A stretch of DNA of 64,000 nucleotides from Bugula neritina (Eukaryota > Animalia > Bryozoa), in NCBI GenBank assembly GCA_964035545.1, contig OZ037768.1:13463675-13527674 (forward strand), in the 5' to 3' direction. Shown in pieces: positions 38,701 to 52,500 of this stretch. Both the position numbers and the translations under genes were made by a program. How positions within the stretch are numbered: the stretch's first letter is position 1; each line of letters begins with the position of its first letter. The notes beneath the pieces are model-generated. The model saw nothing but the letters and a program-made list of their open reading frames with translations. It was not told the DNA's origin and made no database searches.

Positions 38701-41263
38701 GTATTTCGTTCTTAGTAAAAATAGCCACATACCAACACACTATTAATAAACAAAATAATAATAGACAGTAATGAAACCAGACATCTTTGAACTATAAAGT
38801 CATGTTGGTTAACAGATATAATTAAATAATTTAAAATTCACACTTTGTAATAGAATGACTGTTGGGAGAAAAACTAATTCCCATACAAGTATATATAATT
38901 ATATTACACAATTATTATGCAGTTATCAGTTCTTAGGATGTTAAATTTGAATTTCAATCATACGAGGATACAAACCCTGCGGAACATCCGGTCTCGTCTG
39001 AAGCATCATCACAATCGATTTGGCCATCGCAAACCCAGGACTTGTGAATGCAGTCTCCAGGTGCACACTCAAACTGACTGGTTGAGCACTGCTGGGTACA
39101 CTGCTGCTCATCAGAGGAGTCTGTGCAGTCGTTATCACCGTCACACGTCCTGACAACCACACAGATATTGTATGAAGAGAGGGAGCATAGGACAGTTAGA
39201 AAGTTATTCAGAACTAATCTGTTGCATTTACAGCAAGGCATATTATATGTGCAATGGCGTTTATGTGTTAAAATTTACCAAAAAATTGGAGCTTGCAATA
39301 TACAGCTTGAATATATCTCTCGACGCATTAGGAAATAACAAAATTTAAATAAAGGAAAGTTTATATGGTAAATAAAAAGAGTCTTAGTAGGCAAATAACT
39401 TCTTACCATGATTGGGGAATACATTCACCATTAGAACATGTGAATTCATTAGCTCGACAAGTGGGTTGAACAGTGGCACAGTTTTGCTCATCAGAGTTAT
39501 CTCCACAATCATTTTGCCCATCACATTTCCAATCAAGATCAATGCACCGGTTGGCATTACACTCAAACTCATCAGTATAACATCCAGTGTCTGGTGGAAA
39601 GTTATATTAAACTCAGAATGTATACTAAAGGCAATCCAGGAGTCAATTTCTCTGTTGTTCAATAATTTGGTATGCATAGTAATATATAATTGTAGCCTGC
39701 AACCTTCAACCCAAACTAATAATAGGTGAGTCTAGGAGAAAAGTAGCATTTTTGTACATATATGCATATAAGAAAAAGTAAATAAACAGGATATTCAAAT
39801 ACTTTCACTTTAATAAATACTAATTGTTTGTGCAAAGAAATTATGAGACAATTTATGAAAACTAGTAATTTTTTAAACAAGTGAAGTTAAAAACGAATCA
39901 TATGTTTTAAATCAACAAAATATTGCAAGCATACATGTCATATCTCTGAAGAACTCGTATTGTATTTTAAATCCGTCATCTCCGCCAGTGCTATCAGTAA
40001 TAAACTCTACATAGAGATCTTCTGATGTGCTGAGAATAACTGGTATATGTCCGGTCCCACACCAGGTGCCGATCTCAGTCGCATACCAGTCTGGGCCGTC
40101 ATATATGGTCAGGTAATCATACTTACAACTGAACAAACAAAATAACTAGTAAATGTTTTACTTAGAATTACATTTTAGAAAACCAGATTTTTATGACCAT
40201 AAATGGAAAAATATCCATCCAAGATCTAGTTGCTTTTATGTTCAAACATTCATTGCTGATCACATAGTTAAAGTTGCTAGTTCAAAACCATAGTGCATAA
40301 ACCTGCATACACCTCCATTCACATGCATACAAATATTCAAATATATTATATCTATCAAGTGATGCTGCAAAAAAGCAAATAGTGCTGTGTTTGTGTTGTA
40401 GCTACTCACTCGTTATGGTCTTCAATTTTAATGTCAGTCAGAAACTCAAGCCGAATACGATACCCACTGGGAGCTCTCAGATCCCAGGCACAGTCTCGGT
40501 TGTTGCTGTATTGACCGGCTCCGTGGTTAGAATGTGACTTGATGAATCCATTAAAAGATGTTAAAACACCGTAACCACCACAGCCAGATTTGCCATAGTC
40601 TGTAAATTGTATCAAAAAAGTTAAATCAAAGAAAGTTCAAGTCACTAAGTGCTTTTAAAACTTACGCTTGTTTAAGGTCACAATCCCCAGTATTAAAGGT
40701 TTTTTAAGTAAGCCAAATGCTCTTTCTAAGATTACCAGTCTCTAAGGTTTAGGCAATAAAATACTAATGACCAGTTGCTTTCACTGACTGCAGCCTTAAA
40801 CAACAAGTGTCATGCTAGAGGGGCTGCCCACTAAACTATGGCTGCTCTAAATGAAATTCATATGATTTCTGGGAATGTGAGAAAGTGTCCCAGATTGGCC
40901 TTGCTCATCTACAATGGTGACTTGCATACCAAACTGATAGACCTAAATCTGCTATAAAAGTAATGAACGGCACAGTTGCACTGAAGTATTTGTTACGTGC
41001 TTTAAGCCGTTTTACTAATTTTACACAATGTATGAACAATAACCTTGCAAATATTTTACATTATGCCAAGCACATCGAGTTTTACCTATTAAAATATGCT
41101 ATAACCTGCCTGGTAACTCAAGTGTCCCACAATCAGATTTATTTATAAATTATTTTTTTCCAGAAATGGTATAAAAGTTCACACTACCTGAAGTCACTCC
41201 ACTGGTTAATAAAAGCAACAAAGAAACAACATTTAAAACTCTTTGTCCTCCTGCGGATGCCAT
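32742..41263 (-). CDS. Secreted multidomain trypsin-like serine protease: signal peptide-CUB-(LDLa)x4-(CUB)x3-LDLa-S1 peptidase
   Basis: Signal peptide [25 protein letters not shown] (41263-41188). CUB exons at about 40600-39936, 38280-37064, 36970-36376 and 36017-35093; LDLa repeats at 39590-38407 and 34956-34840. Activation site NTR|VVGG; triad TAAHC, SDIAL, HDGCG-GDSGGPL with Asp189 (trypsin-type S1 pocket); ends [21 protein letters not shown]. Confidence 0.92.
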
Positions 41264-42187
41264 AACAGTTCCAGGCAGCATCTTTCACTTAAATAACTAA
41301 GTGGTTTAATAAATTCCGTGTTATCACATTTACTATCACAGTTACGCAAAGTAAAAGTTATCTTTATTTGCTTTTTCTACAGTTTATATGAAAAGTCATA
41401 TGATTGGTTCTATGCAATATTCAGCTGAGATAATTCTGTTGGCTTAAACCTCCTTTATGCCAACATTCTAATCAGTCTTTAACTGCTATCAGCAAGGTAC
41501 AAAGTTTGCTATGCAATAGAAGGCTAACATTAGCTATATGCATCTATATGCATGTTGGCCAAATACAATCTGTTTACAGAAATTGTCAAGAAAACTTAAA
41601 ACTACTTGAATCAATGCCTCAACAAAGCACAAAAGAAAGAAGGTAACATTATGCAATATTCTATTCAAATAATCTAAACAGCACCAAATGCCAGTTGTAT
41701 CATTTAAGACTCACAACAAGAAAAGAGCATTCACATTTTAGCAGTAGCATTTGTATAACAATATCAGTACTTAGACCCAAAGAAGTGCTAGATGTAGAGA
41801 TGAACATTTTCCCTAAAGGTATAGCTAAGGTATAGCTTAGGTATATAATTTTTAGTTTGGTTTTTGAGTTTGGAGCATTTCGCAAGCAGACAACTTCCAA
41901 TGCTACGAACATTAGCTGGAACCAGTGCTATTCAACAACAACTTGCAACTCTGCACCTATCCTCATCCTGTTAGGACCTAGTCAGTAAAATCTTGTAATT
42001 GTAATTTTGATACAGTGTGTTTCTTGTTTCAACTCACGTTTTATCATTATCCAGTGCTGTGGCTTGTATTCATTTTTTTCTCTGTGTTTATAGTATTTAG
42101 ATAAATATTCATATTCAACCTGTATGTATCATTACTATAGCTCGCCAATTGCTATACAACAGTTAATTTTACTACCAATAAATTAGG

Positions 42188-42347
42188 TAGGTGCAGTAAT
42201 GGAGAAACTGCGGAATGTTTGTGTTCTAACTTAGCAATGTAGCAAAAAAGTTATGTTCTCATGAGAGTTCCAACCTGCGTCCCAAACTAAATTTTATTAA
42301 AAAATGAAAGAGCTCAGGCTATTAAAGTTTCTCCACAACTGCACCTA
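42188..42347. mobile_element. About 160-bp MITE, copy 2
   Basis: TIRs TAGGTGCAGTAATGGAGAAA / TTTCTCCACAACTGCACCTA, with TA at both ends. Confidence 0.8.
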
Positions 42348-43544
42348 AACAGAGGCAATAAACCTTGCATGGGACAACACATCTCTCTTCATTCCTTTAC
42401 AACAGTGTTTATATGTGTACATCTACAGAATGTAGTATATATGTGTACATAACATTGTGCATATATTAGTATGTTGAGGTGCTCCTCTATTGCATGACTA
42501 TAGGCTCATAACTACTAACACTTTTATTACACAATCTTTAGTGATAGAAATAAATCAGGAAACGTTAACCAGGTGTATGTTTATGCTTAAAAATATTTCT
42601 TGTAAAACTATAAATATATGTAAATTAGCAAAACCTTATCATCAGGTGAACATTAGGTGACAAATCGATGCCAAAGCATTGCTTGTTCTACAGCCCATAG
42701 CAGTCGACATCAAAGTTAATGCAGGACTTTGCACTTACTGCTCAGCTTCTTGCACTAAGCACTTTCTTAAAAGCTGTCCTGGTGAATTGAAAGATAAGTT
42801 CTTGCATCACAGCTATATGTGTTTATCAGTCACGCAGGTAAAATTCAATTGAGATATTTCGCATGCATGATGTGTTTTGCAGAAGGAGATTTTGCTTATA
42901 TTTATTAAAAATATTTGTTTAATACTTCTATTTGTAGCTTTGCAATGACTGAAACTAATATTTTTGTAGGGAAAAGTTTATTTATATCAAGAACTCTCAA
43001 ACATAGACAATAAGGCTCTAGAAATAAATCTTTTTAATTATTTCAAAACAATATTAAACATAAATGTGTGTTAGTCAAACAAATTTTACTTGATTTTACA
43101 AATATTAAATCAAGCAACAAAATTAATATTATACTTATGAATATATGCTAAAAATAATACAAACAAAAATATATGCACAAAAATTATCATATAATATTGA
43201 TGACAACCAAACAATCATTCTTTATGTGAGATAGGAGTTAGTTATTGTACTATGCTTATAAAAAAAGAATAAACACAAAGTTAGGAAAGCAGTTTTTTGT
43301 TTTGTAGACTTGGATGTTGAACAAACAACTATATAACAGTGTAAGGATTTGTTAGTTGAATAATTGTACAGGTGCAAAGTAACACAGACAGCTGTAGTTG
43401 AATTACTGATATATACAGTGACTGTAGATCATATTATATCACTAGCTTACAGGTTTCCAGTCTATTTAATAATACAACTAATATAAGTAATGCAGTAACT
43501 GGACTGCATGGCTAAACCACTGCTCTATGTGTTACAAAACCTGC

Positions 43545-46500
43545 CTACAGCAATATACAGGCTGTTGAACAAGTTGTGTCTTTGGAATCAACCACTGAAA
43601 CAGTTGGTCTGTGGTTTGCTAATTTCTTTTGAACTCCGTAGCTGGGTAGCACTGGCTTGTTTGAAGAAGTTGAGAAATGTGTAAATACAGGTTCGACTGC
43701 AGCCATATTTCTGGAGTGAGAACTCGATGGGGAATTGTGCTCTTTCATACTTAACGGAGAGTTGTGTCCTCTGACAGCTGATGGCAGCCCGCACTTTGCG
43801 AGAGTCGGTGATGGCTTGCTAGCAGATGAAGGTGATACATATTCTGTTAGAGTTGGCGGCAGATTACTATCTGGTAGAATAAAAGAAGATTTTACAGAAG
43901 ATGAAGTTTTGTCATCAGCTCTGTCAAAGTCTGACGCAAAACTAAAACCAACAGATCCTTCTTCATTGAGTGCCTCGTTTTGACAAACGTCGGGCTCTTT
44001 GGTGGAAGTTTTGTTTTTCTTCGTAGCATCAGGTACTTTGAAAGCAACACATTTAGCATTTGGCGAATATTCACCACTACTTTTAGTCTTCGATGACCCC
44101 GTGCCAGGTCCATCATTTATGATGCTCCTAACATCTGATGAGTTTGGGAATGTTGATGGATTACGGACATTAAAGATTGGTGGTTCCGCTAATACATGTT
44201 TTATCAGGCTATCAGAATGTTTTAGAGTATTGAATTCGTGTTGATTGAGCCAGTATGTTGTCATGAGTCCCTTTCCCTGTATAGAATACAATTAGTTTAT
44301 TCAATACGAGGTGATCATCCTTTAAGAGCATGTCAGCCAATAAGTTTTCATTTGTTCTTTACCCTATCAACACACATTCACAATATGGTGATACAAAATA
44401 GTAAATACAGTACAGCAAAAGTTTGTCCACATCTGGAAAGTTTTTGGCAAAAATACAGCCGTTGAAACCAGTCTATTGTAACATTTTAGCAGCTGTAGTT
44501 TCTCACTTGGACGCTTTGTTGTTAAAAAGAATATTTCCGTTGAACAAGCGCAAAGAAAATTAACATTGATTTTTCGAAGAAATTCACTTGTTTGTGCAAA
44601 TAAATTTAGTTTACAAACATTTCAGCCAATCAGAGTAGATTAGTTAAGAGACAGTTGTAATATAATTGGAACAGCAAAAATCAAAATGTTCAAAATGTGA
44701 AGAGATCTAGGGTTGGCAATGCTATCAGAGCATTCATCAAACCTACTAAAATTAAAATACGTGAGTTAAAAGTAGAAGTGAAAAAAAATTATAGTTTCAA
44801 GAAGTATAGTTTGTACAATAACTATATGAGAACAGCTATTGGAATAATAAACCTTAATTACATTATACACCATAAAAAGTTCTTTGGTAGCTAGGGTGCA
44901 TAGAATAATTATCAACAAAAACTTACCTTTATTTCAATAGATCCTCTTTGCTCAAAGCTGTATTGTTTGTTACCATCTAAGCAATTTTTTACTGATTGAC
45001 TGCAATGCACCCTCATCGCCTAGAATGTTAGCAACTTTCATCAGTTAGAAACTTAAAACAGAATAAATTAAGGTTGATATGAGCCAACTTTGTAAATATG
45101 ATAAAATGGAACACTGCAGCTATACCATAACATGACTAGAGTTAATTAATAATAACCTGAACAAAATTCACTGTAATATGCTTTGGCAGTAAGAGTTACC
45201 TGCCCAGTAGACTCCATTCTGTTAGCCGTATTTACTGTGTCTCCAAATAAACAGTATCTTGGCATCTTCAGACCGACTACGCCGCCCACAACTGTCCCAC
45301 TATGAATACCTACAGCAGCGTACAATAGATGGATGTACAAGTAGCATATAATTAACAGATGTAAACTCAGGATTACCACAGACAGTGGCGTTAGACTTGC
45401 TTTTGATAACTTACCAACACGAAGTTTGAGATGAGCTCCGCTGTCAGTTCTATCTGAAGGGTCCTTCAAGGTTTTCATGGCATTCAGCATGGCGAATGCC
45501 ATCTCAGCAATGCTGGAGGCGTGCTTGTCACACGGCTTTGGAATGCCTCCTGCAATCATGTAGGCATCGCCAATGGTCTCAACCTACAACACCTTCCCAT
45601 TGTGTCACACAGCCCTGTGAAAAGCTGTTTATGTCAATAAAAGTCAACAACATCCCGATTTTATTCATCATACGAAATTTTCAAGCTCCCAAAACATCCA
45701 ATTTTTTTTAAAAAGGTACCATTGCTTAGAAACAATCTGAAATACCATAGTTAGATGTAATATAAAAAAACAGTTGAAACTTCTCTTGTAGCTACAAATA
45801 AATTGAATTGAGAAGAAATTATCAACCATTCAAGATGTTCGGTATGTTTATTACATTTACTAGAACTTGGTTTAAAGTTTGTTGACCACAGAAATTACTT
45901 GAATATTGATTCAATTTTAACTAATAAATACAGTGAGACAGGGATGTAGTGGTACCCATACGGTCCCATACGCCGTATGGCCTAGAAGAAAATAGGCTGT
46001 TCTTGGCCATACGCCCGTATGGGCATATATTTTTTGAAAGTGTTACTGATTAGTGCACAGGATAGTTAGGGCATCCTCACTGAGAACATCATAAATTTCG
46101 CTCACAATCTAGTTTAAGTTCTTGTTATGTTAATGCTATGTGGGTGGCATGCGTGTTGCCTACTTGTGATTGTTTAGCCTGAGATTACACTATGAATAAT
46201 AAGCAGCTATCAACATTCCATCTTCTCATCTCTACGTATTCACTGAAGCGCGAAGTGCTGCGCATTAGTGATTACTAAGGAAAAAATATTTCATTTTCAG
46301 TGTATAAATCACTTATTTTTAGAAAATCTATGAAGGCTATTGAAAAGATAAAAAAGTTTGCTATGCATAAATTTCTCAGGTTTTCGACAGTGTTTGTTTT
46401 ATTCGAATACTATGCTTTCCTGCTGAGATATTTGGCAGGGATTGAAAAATAAACTTTTCAGGTAAAATTGGCCAAAATAGTAGATTTTTGTCTATAACCT

Positions 46501-49500
46501 TGCAAAAAAAATATTGAAAATTCGAAAAATCAGGTGCTCTGAGGAACGGGAAGATCTAAAACATAGTTTTTAAATTTTAACTCTAGCACAATTAAGTATG
46601 GTTTTATTTGGCGGACTGAATTCTTATAATATACCAATAATGTGGCCTCAGCAAGGCAGTGTCAGCTAGAAAGTTGCCATTATTTATCTTGTGTGGACTT
46701 GCATTTTGTCAATAAGCAATGAAATTTGGAAAAAAAACCAACTTGAAATCCAGAAATAAAATCAAAATGTCTTCAGGAAACAGTACCAGGTGTGTAGGAG
46801 AGGTTAATGAAAATTTATCACTGAGGTCTACAGGTACTATATCCACATTTTGGTTGCGTTATTCCATGTTAATTATCAATGCAATGAGGTTTTGCAAACT
46901 GTACACCACCATAAGTAACCTTTTATGTTTGATTGTACTAACGTCTGGCTTTACATTTAATCATCTTCTAGGTTAACACATATTGAACCTGTCAAATTTG
47001 TTCTTTTGGGTATATTTCCTTGATGTGTCTAGTGGAAGCTCAGGGGTTTTACTTTAAAACCAAGTTAACATACTCTTCTTATTTGGTGTGCTTTATTGTG
47101 TGCAAGAAGGTGCGGTGGTATCTCCTTATGAATTAGACTAGTACTCTAATAAACTCCAACTAGGTTTTCAACCAATTTCTGCTTGCCAATGAGTTATCAA
47201 TTCAAATTGCTCTTTATAAATAACCAACACACATTTTCTAATTTGCAATCTTCCTCTGTTCTGTTCTATAATTCTTTTTCTGTGCACGTCAGTGTATTAG
47301 ATATTTGAAGTAATCAGGTTGCATTTGGAGAGCACTTGTTACCTGTCTCTATCCTTCCATCTTCTTGAGATCTTCTGCAATTTTTCTGTACAGGTTGGAC
47401 TTAGTGTCAATTGAGTAAGACTACATTTAAAATTACAGTCAACAGGTATGGGACAATACTGAATATTTATATAGTTTGCAGCAATGCCCAGTCGTCATGT
47501 AGCTGGTATGGTATGAAAATAATAGTGAGGTGGACATTTCAACAAAGATTTTTTTCAGAAGAATTAGAATTCACAATGGCTTTAAATTGCATAAATTTGC
47601 ATCAAAAGCGCTCTGAGGGCTTTGGCGGCCGCCGGGGGCCTGGGCGGCCCCCTGGACCCCCGGCCTGAGAGTATGGCCAAGAATATTTTTGCCACTACAT
47701 CCCTGCAGTGAGATGTCATGTACTAATTTTAAATGTGTAAGTGAAGATTGGCAACAGGATTCCATTTTATAGCAAGGTACTTGAGGATATAAGAAGAGGT
47801 TAACACGTACTGCACCTTATATAACTGAAACTTTTCAATCAACGTGTCAAATGTCGTGTACATGCCATTCAACAAATTCACTACTTCCATGGGAGAGATG
47901 GCAGAGCAGATAGTCGTAAACCCCACGACATCACTGAACAAGATAGTGCATATGTCAAACACCTGCAAAGCAAAGAAATTATTTTTCTTTATTTCAACAA
48001 GTAAAACATTAACTTTTACATGGTTGTTTGCAAAACGCAAAGAAATAAGGGAAATAGAAAAAAAATTAGCCTAAAGCCTTTAAATGTAATGTAATGAAAA
48101 CAGCATCATCAATATAAAGAAAAAATGTATCTTCAAACTTTATCAAAATTTTCCTAAATTATGATAGAGTTATAGATAAAATTAAATAATGTTACCAGTA
48201 CCTCACATGTGTTCACAGAGGGCTCACCAGCTCGCAGCCTATTGGCTACTGACTTGGGTATCATCTGATACAGCAGCTGGTCTGTTCTTTTTATCTCAAT
48301 ATCCAACTTTCTCATGCTCTCTTCTAGCTTCTTGCTCTTAGTTTGCTCCTAGATTAGTGTATAGCCAACTTATAAGACACCGTATTTTGCCAGATTTTAG
48401 ATAAAAATGGCACGTTAAAAATGGCACGGTAATAAGGGCACAAATGGAAAAGTAGGAAAAAATGGCACCCTAATGTTAAGTTTTCCCAAACCCCTAACTC
48501 AAACCCCTAACCCTTAAACCCCAATCCTAAACTCAAACCCCCATTCCCAAGCCTAAACCCTCCATCCTAAACACTCAACTCCACCAGAAAACCCTAATAT
48601 TGAAAATGTGCCATTTTTACCTACTTTGCCATCATTACCTGTGCCATTTTTACCGTGCTAATTTTACCAGACACCATTTTGCAATCATGGTTTCAAGGCA
48701 CCAAAATTAGACTTGAAACATAATTCTAGACTCATATAGCTTGTGATAAAATTTCCTCAAATTGTATTATATAGCAACTTTGAATAAGCCACTGTAATGT
48801 TTTACTAGATTTTTAATAACAATAAAATATTTTCAATTTGACAAAAACCGCTCAACATGTTTTAGATCTTAGATTGCTAGATTCAATTTCTGCAACAAGT
48901 TTTTAGTTAAGAAGACTCTTTTAGATTTTTCAATCAGTTAGTAAGGGATGCTTCTATAAATGAAAAGTGTAGATGGGGAATTTCACCTGGTCAAGTAGAA
49001 GTTTGAGTTCAGCAGATTGCTGAGTCCCAGCTAGAACCAGTTCTCTGCTGGAGTCATGAATACTCAGGTCATTGATGTACAGACCGAGCTTGAACATGTG
49101 ATCTAGATTTTCCAATCTACAACAGTGTTTTTCACCATCTTCACTCCAATAATACAAACAAATACTACATATGGGTAGAATATTAAAAAATCGATCCTAA
49201 TTGGAATAGCATAGCAGTGTTATATATGTAATAAGGAGCTTTTAGGATGTTTTAAGAAAATAGACAATGAAAATGCCAAATGTATTGAGCAAAATTAGTT
49301 CAAATTTATTTGCCAAAACTCAAAATATATCAGTTTAACTATAATCAATGATAATACTTTCAACTCAATAATATATCCAATATGTCAACCAGAAATATTT
49401 TACAACAGGTATAATCATGAACTAAGAATTTTTTGGGAAGAGAGAAACTGGTGCAAATCTTAAATCTATAAAAACTTTCGATGTTGAAGTAAGACATGAT

Positions 49501-52500
49501 GAGTTTCAAGCATAAATATGTATCATCCTTACATGGCAAATGGAAAAATTATATGCATGTTATCATCTATCTATTTAAATAGTAAGCGGGCACTCATTAA
49601 AATTTAGCTGTTGGCTATAACATTTTCATGAGTTAGAAATACTTGCAAGTATTGCGACAAAAATTCACTTGAAAAGATTGAAATGTATTTTTTGAAAGTT
49701 CATTTGTTAGCAGAGTAATGTGTAACTTAATCTGCCACAATGAGAATGACACTTACACAGGTGTTCCGAGAAATAAAATGGCATTCCACTGCTCCATGTG
49801 CAGCATCTGTCCCCTCAAGGTCAAATATTTGTTCAATGAGTCATTTTGGTTAGTTTGGTCAGCACTGATGAGACTTATATCTGTATCCGAGAATTTATCA
49901 GCAGACATGTCATCAAAACTATCTAATAAATACCAATAATGTTATTAGAATGTGATATTGAAGAAATAGGGAAATTTCGATACAAGAAAATATGCATGCC
50001 TTTCCACCTTTCTGAATTAAAAATTCTCTTACACAATCATTACTATTGTAATGTACACTGCTGTAACATGTCAGCAAACTAAGTAAGGTTAATGAAGTAT
50101 TAGTGCATGTTTGTCGAGTAAATAAAGTGAAGACTTGATAGCCATCATGACCATGCTGTATTTTTAAGTTTACATTTACTGTGAGTCTTGTTTAAAGTTT
50201 AAAGCTTAAACTGCAAATGGGTATAAATTAAACTAAGCTAAATGACAAAGCCCCTTCTCTAACCCAGATCTTAAATTACATCGCATTAGATTGTTGCATA
50301 AGTTTCTAAACAGGTGTATAAATTCTAAACATTGCAAGTTCTCTTCAAGCTTCATGTTTATGAAAGCATAATTAACCAATAGGCAAGCATGAAGCTTTGC
50401 TGTCATCAGTCATACCAAAACAATATTTGATCACCAAATACCATTCATATACAATGAGTTCTATAAACTATATCATTATAATATAATGAACTATCAAAGG
50501 AAAATATAAACAGATAGCAAACTAACCTTCAAATCGGTTTTCTATACCATCAACCGATTTTAGCTCAAAGATATTGTTTGTATGACTCAAGATCTGTAGC
50601 AAAAATATTTTAAATGTTATTTAATCCCTGATTTATTGAGCTATTTTCTAAGCAGCTATAAAAAAGTTAGAAATATATTTTCTTTAATATCTTGAAGTTT
50701 AATGAGCACTATTTTATTCATAATAGTTACATTTGGCAACTTTGAACCCGCCACCTGATCAGTATATGGCGCTGAAATATGAGAAGTTATATTTGACAAC
50801 TTTTATGTTTAACAAGCTAACAATATTCCTTGCATTTAATTTTAAAGTTGAACGAAAATGTTATAAAAACAACACTGCAAATAATTATTTTATAGTTGGT
50901 TCTACCTGTAAATCTATATTCTCTGTCTTAGCCGACTAAATGTCCTCTACAATGCTACAGGTCTAAACTGGTGAGTCGGAAGTGATATGTGTTCTCTTGG
51001 ATTTTGAGCAACAGGTTTTATACATTCGTATAGTTTTTAGCTAAGTATAACTTAATTCTAGAGGTTTTCGCTTTTACTATATAATAATTACAAGAGTCAA
51101 TACCAAGCTAATAGCTTATCTACTATTTCCAAACATGCAATTCCCAATACAATGTAGTTACATGTTTATTTGTACTATATGCAGTTATATGTATGTTTGT
51201 ACTATACCTATGTAGTTACATGTATGTTTGTACTATATGCAGTTATATGTATGTTTGTACTATATGCAGTTATATGTATGTTTGTACTATATGTATGTAG
51301 TTACATAATGTTGACAACTCATTATATATAATTATATTCATTTTTCATGAATAGCATTATTGTAATTACCTGTATCACTAATAATAATTATTAGTATTAT
51401 TAATATAATTATTGTTCATAATAGCAATCTATACACATTGCACCATTGATTTCTATGCTGACAATTTGCTATTTTCTTTAAAATTTCATCAAGATCTGAA
51501 CACCATGCTTTACACAGTGTCCTAAACAACTTCTAAATAGTTATAGCTATTAAATCAACGAAATTAGATTTGCTTGTAATATGCATTAATGTAATAAAGT
51601 AGGTACTATTCAATATAAGTAATTTCAATATGCATTAATTTAATTTAATAGTAGGAGTTCAACTTGAAAAATTGTCATAGGAATTTTCACAAATAGGATT
51701 TTAAGGCTGCAAAAAATAAAAGATCAGGCTATCACTAAAAAGAAAGATATCCTTGTAATTAAAACATTTTCTCTCATTATACAGAAATAACTCAAACATG
51801 CAGGTGAAAACAGTCATTGTGACATATTCATGCTTTATTTATAACTTTGAAGACTTTTGAAGTTTTGGTAACACAAAGCTGTTAAAATATTTCTTGTATT
51901 TTATTTCTTTTACATTATTATTTAAAAGTGTAGAACACTAAGGGTGTGGAATAAATTAAGCTGGAAGTTTGCATAAGTAAGTAACCTGACAGCAATACAG
52001 CTTACCGATTCCCAGCTAAACTCCATGATGGGTCGTTCAAGGTGGAAAAGGTCATCAACTTGGCAGCCAAGGGCATGAGGCAATACTGGTAGTATGGCTT
52101 TACCAACAGAGGTGAGGACAAGCTCCCTAATACAACAATATACAGATAATATAATATTACATCTAGCCAATCAAATTTCATGGTAATAATTTTTTCTACT
52201 TTTTTCAGAACGTTGAATCATTAGTTTTATATTCAGTGACATGTACAGAGGCTTACCTGCTGAGAACCATGTGGAAAGGAAACAGTCTAAATAAATCACT
52301 GGATGTGATCGGCATGTTCATTTCGGACAGCTGAGTTACAAAGTGCAAGTTAGCAAAGCCTTCTGAGTTATCGAAGCTGAGTCTCATTTTTACATAAAAA
52401 ATTCCATGAGAGTCATCAACTTCCAGCTCGTGACATTTTATGTCTGTGCTGTAAAACTCTTTGCCAACTTGACGTATCTATAAAGCATTCAATAAGCATA

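Noticed and set aside
43735-44244. Plus-strand ORFs of 82 and 81 aa
   Set aside because: Antisense shadows of the cyclase last exon.
51150-51306. CRISPR-like repeat array
   Set aside because: Head-to-tail repeats with no unique spacers, in a eukaryotic intron, with no cas genes.
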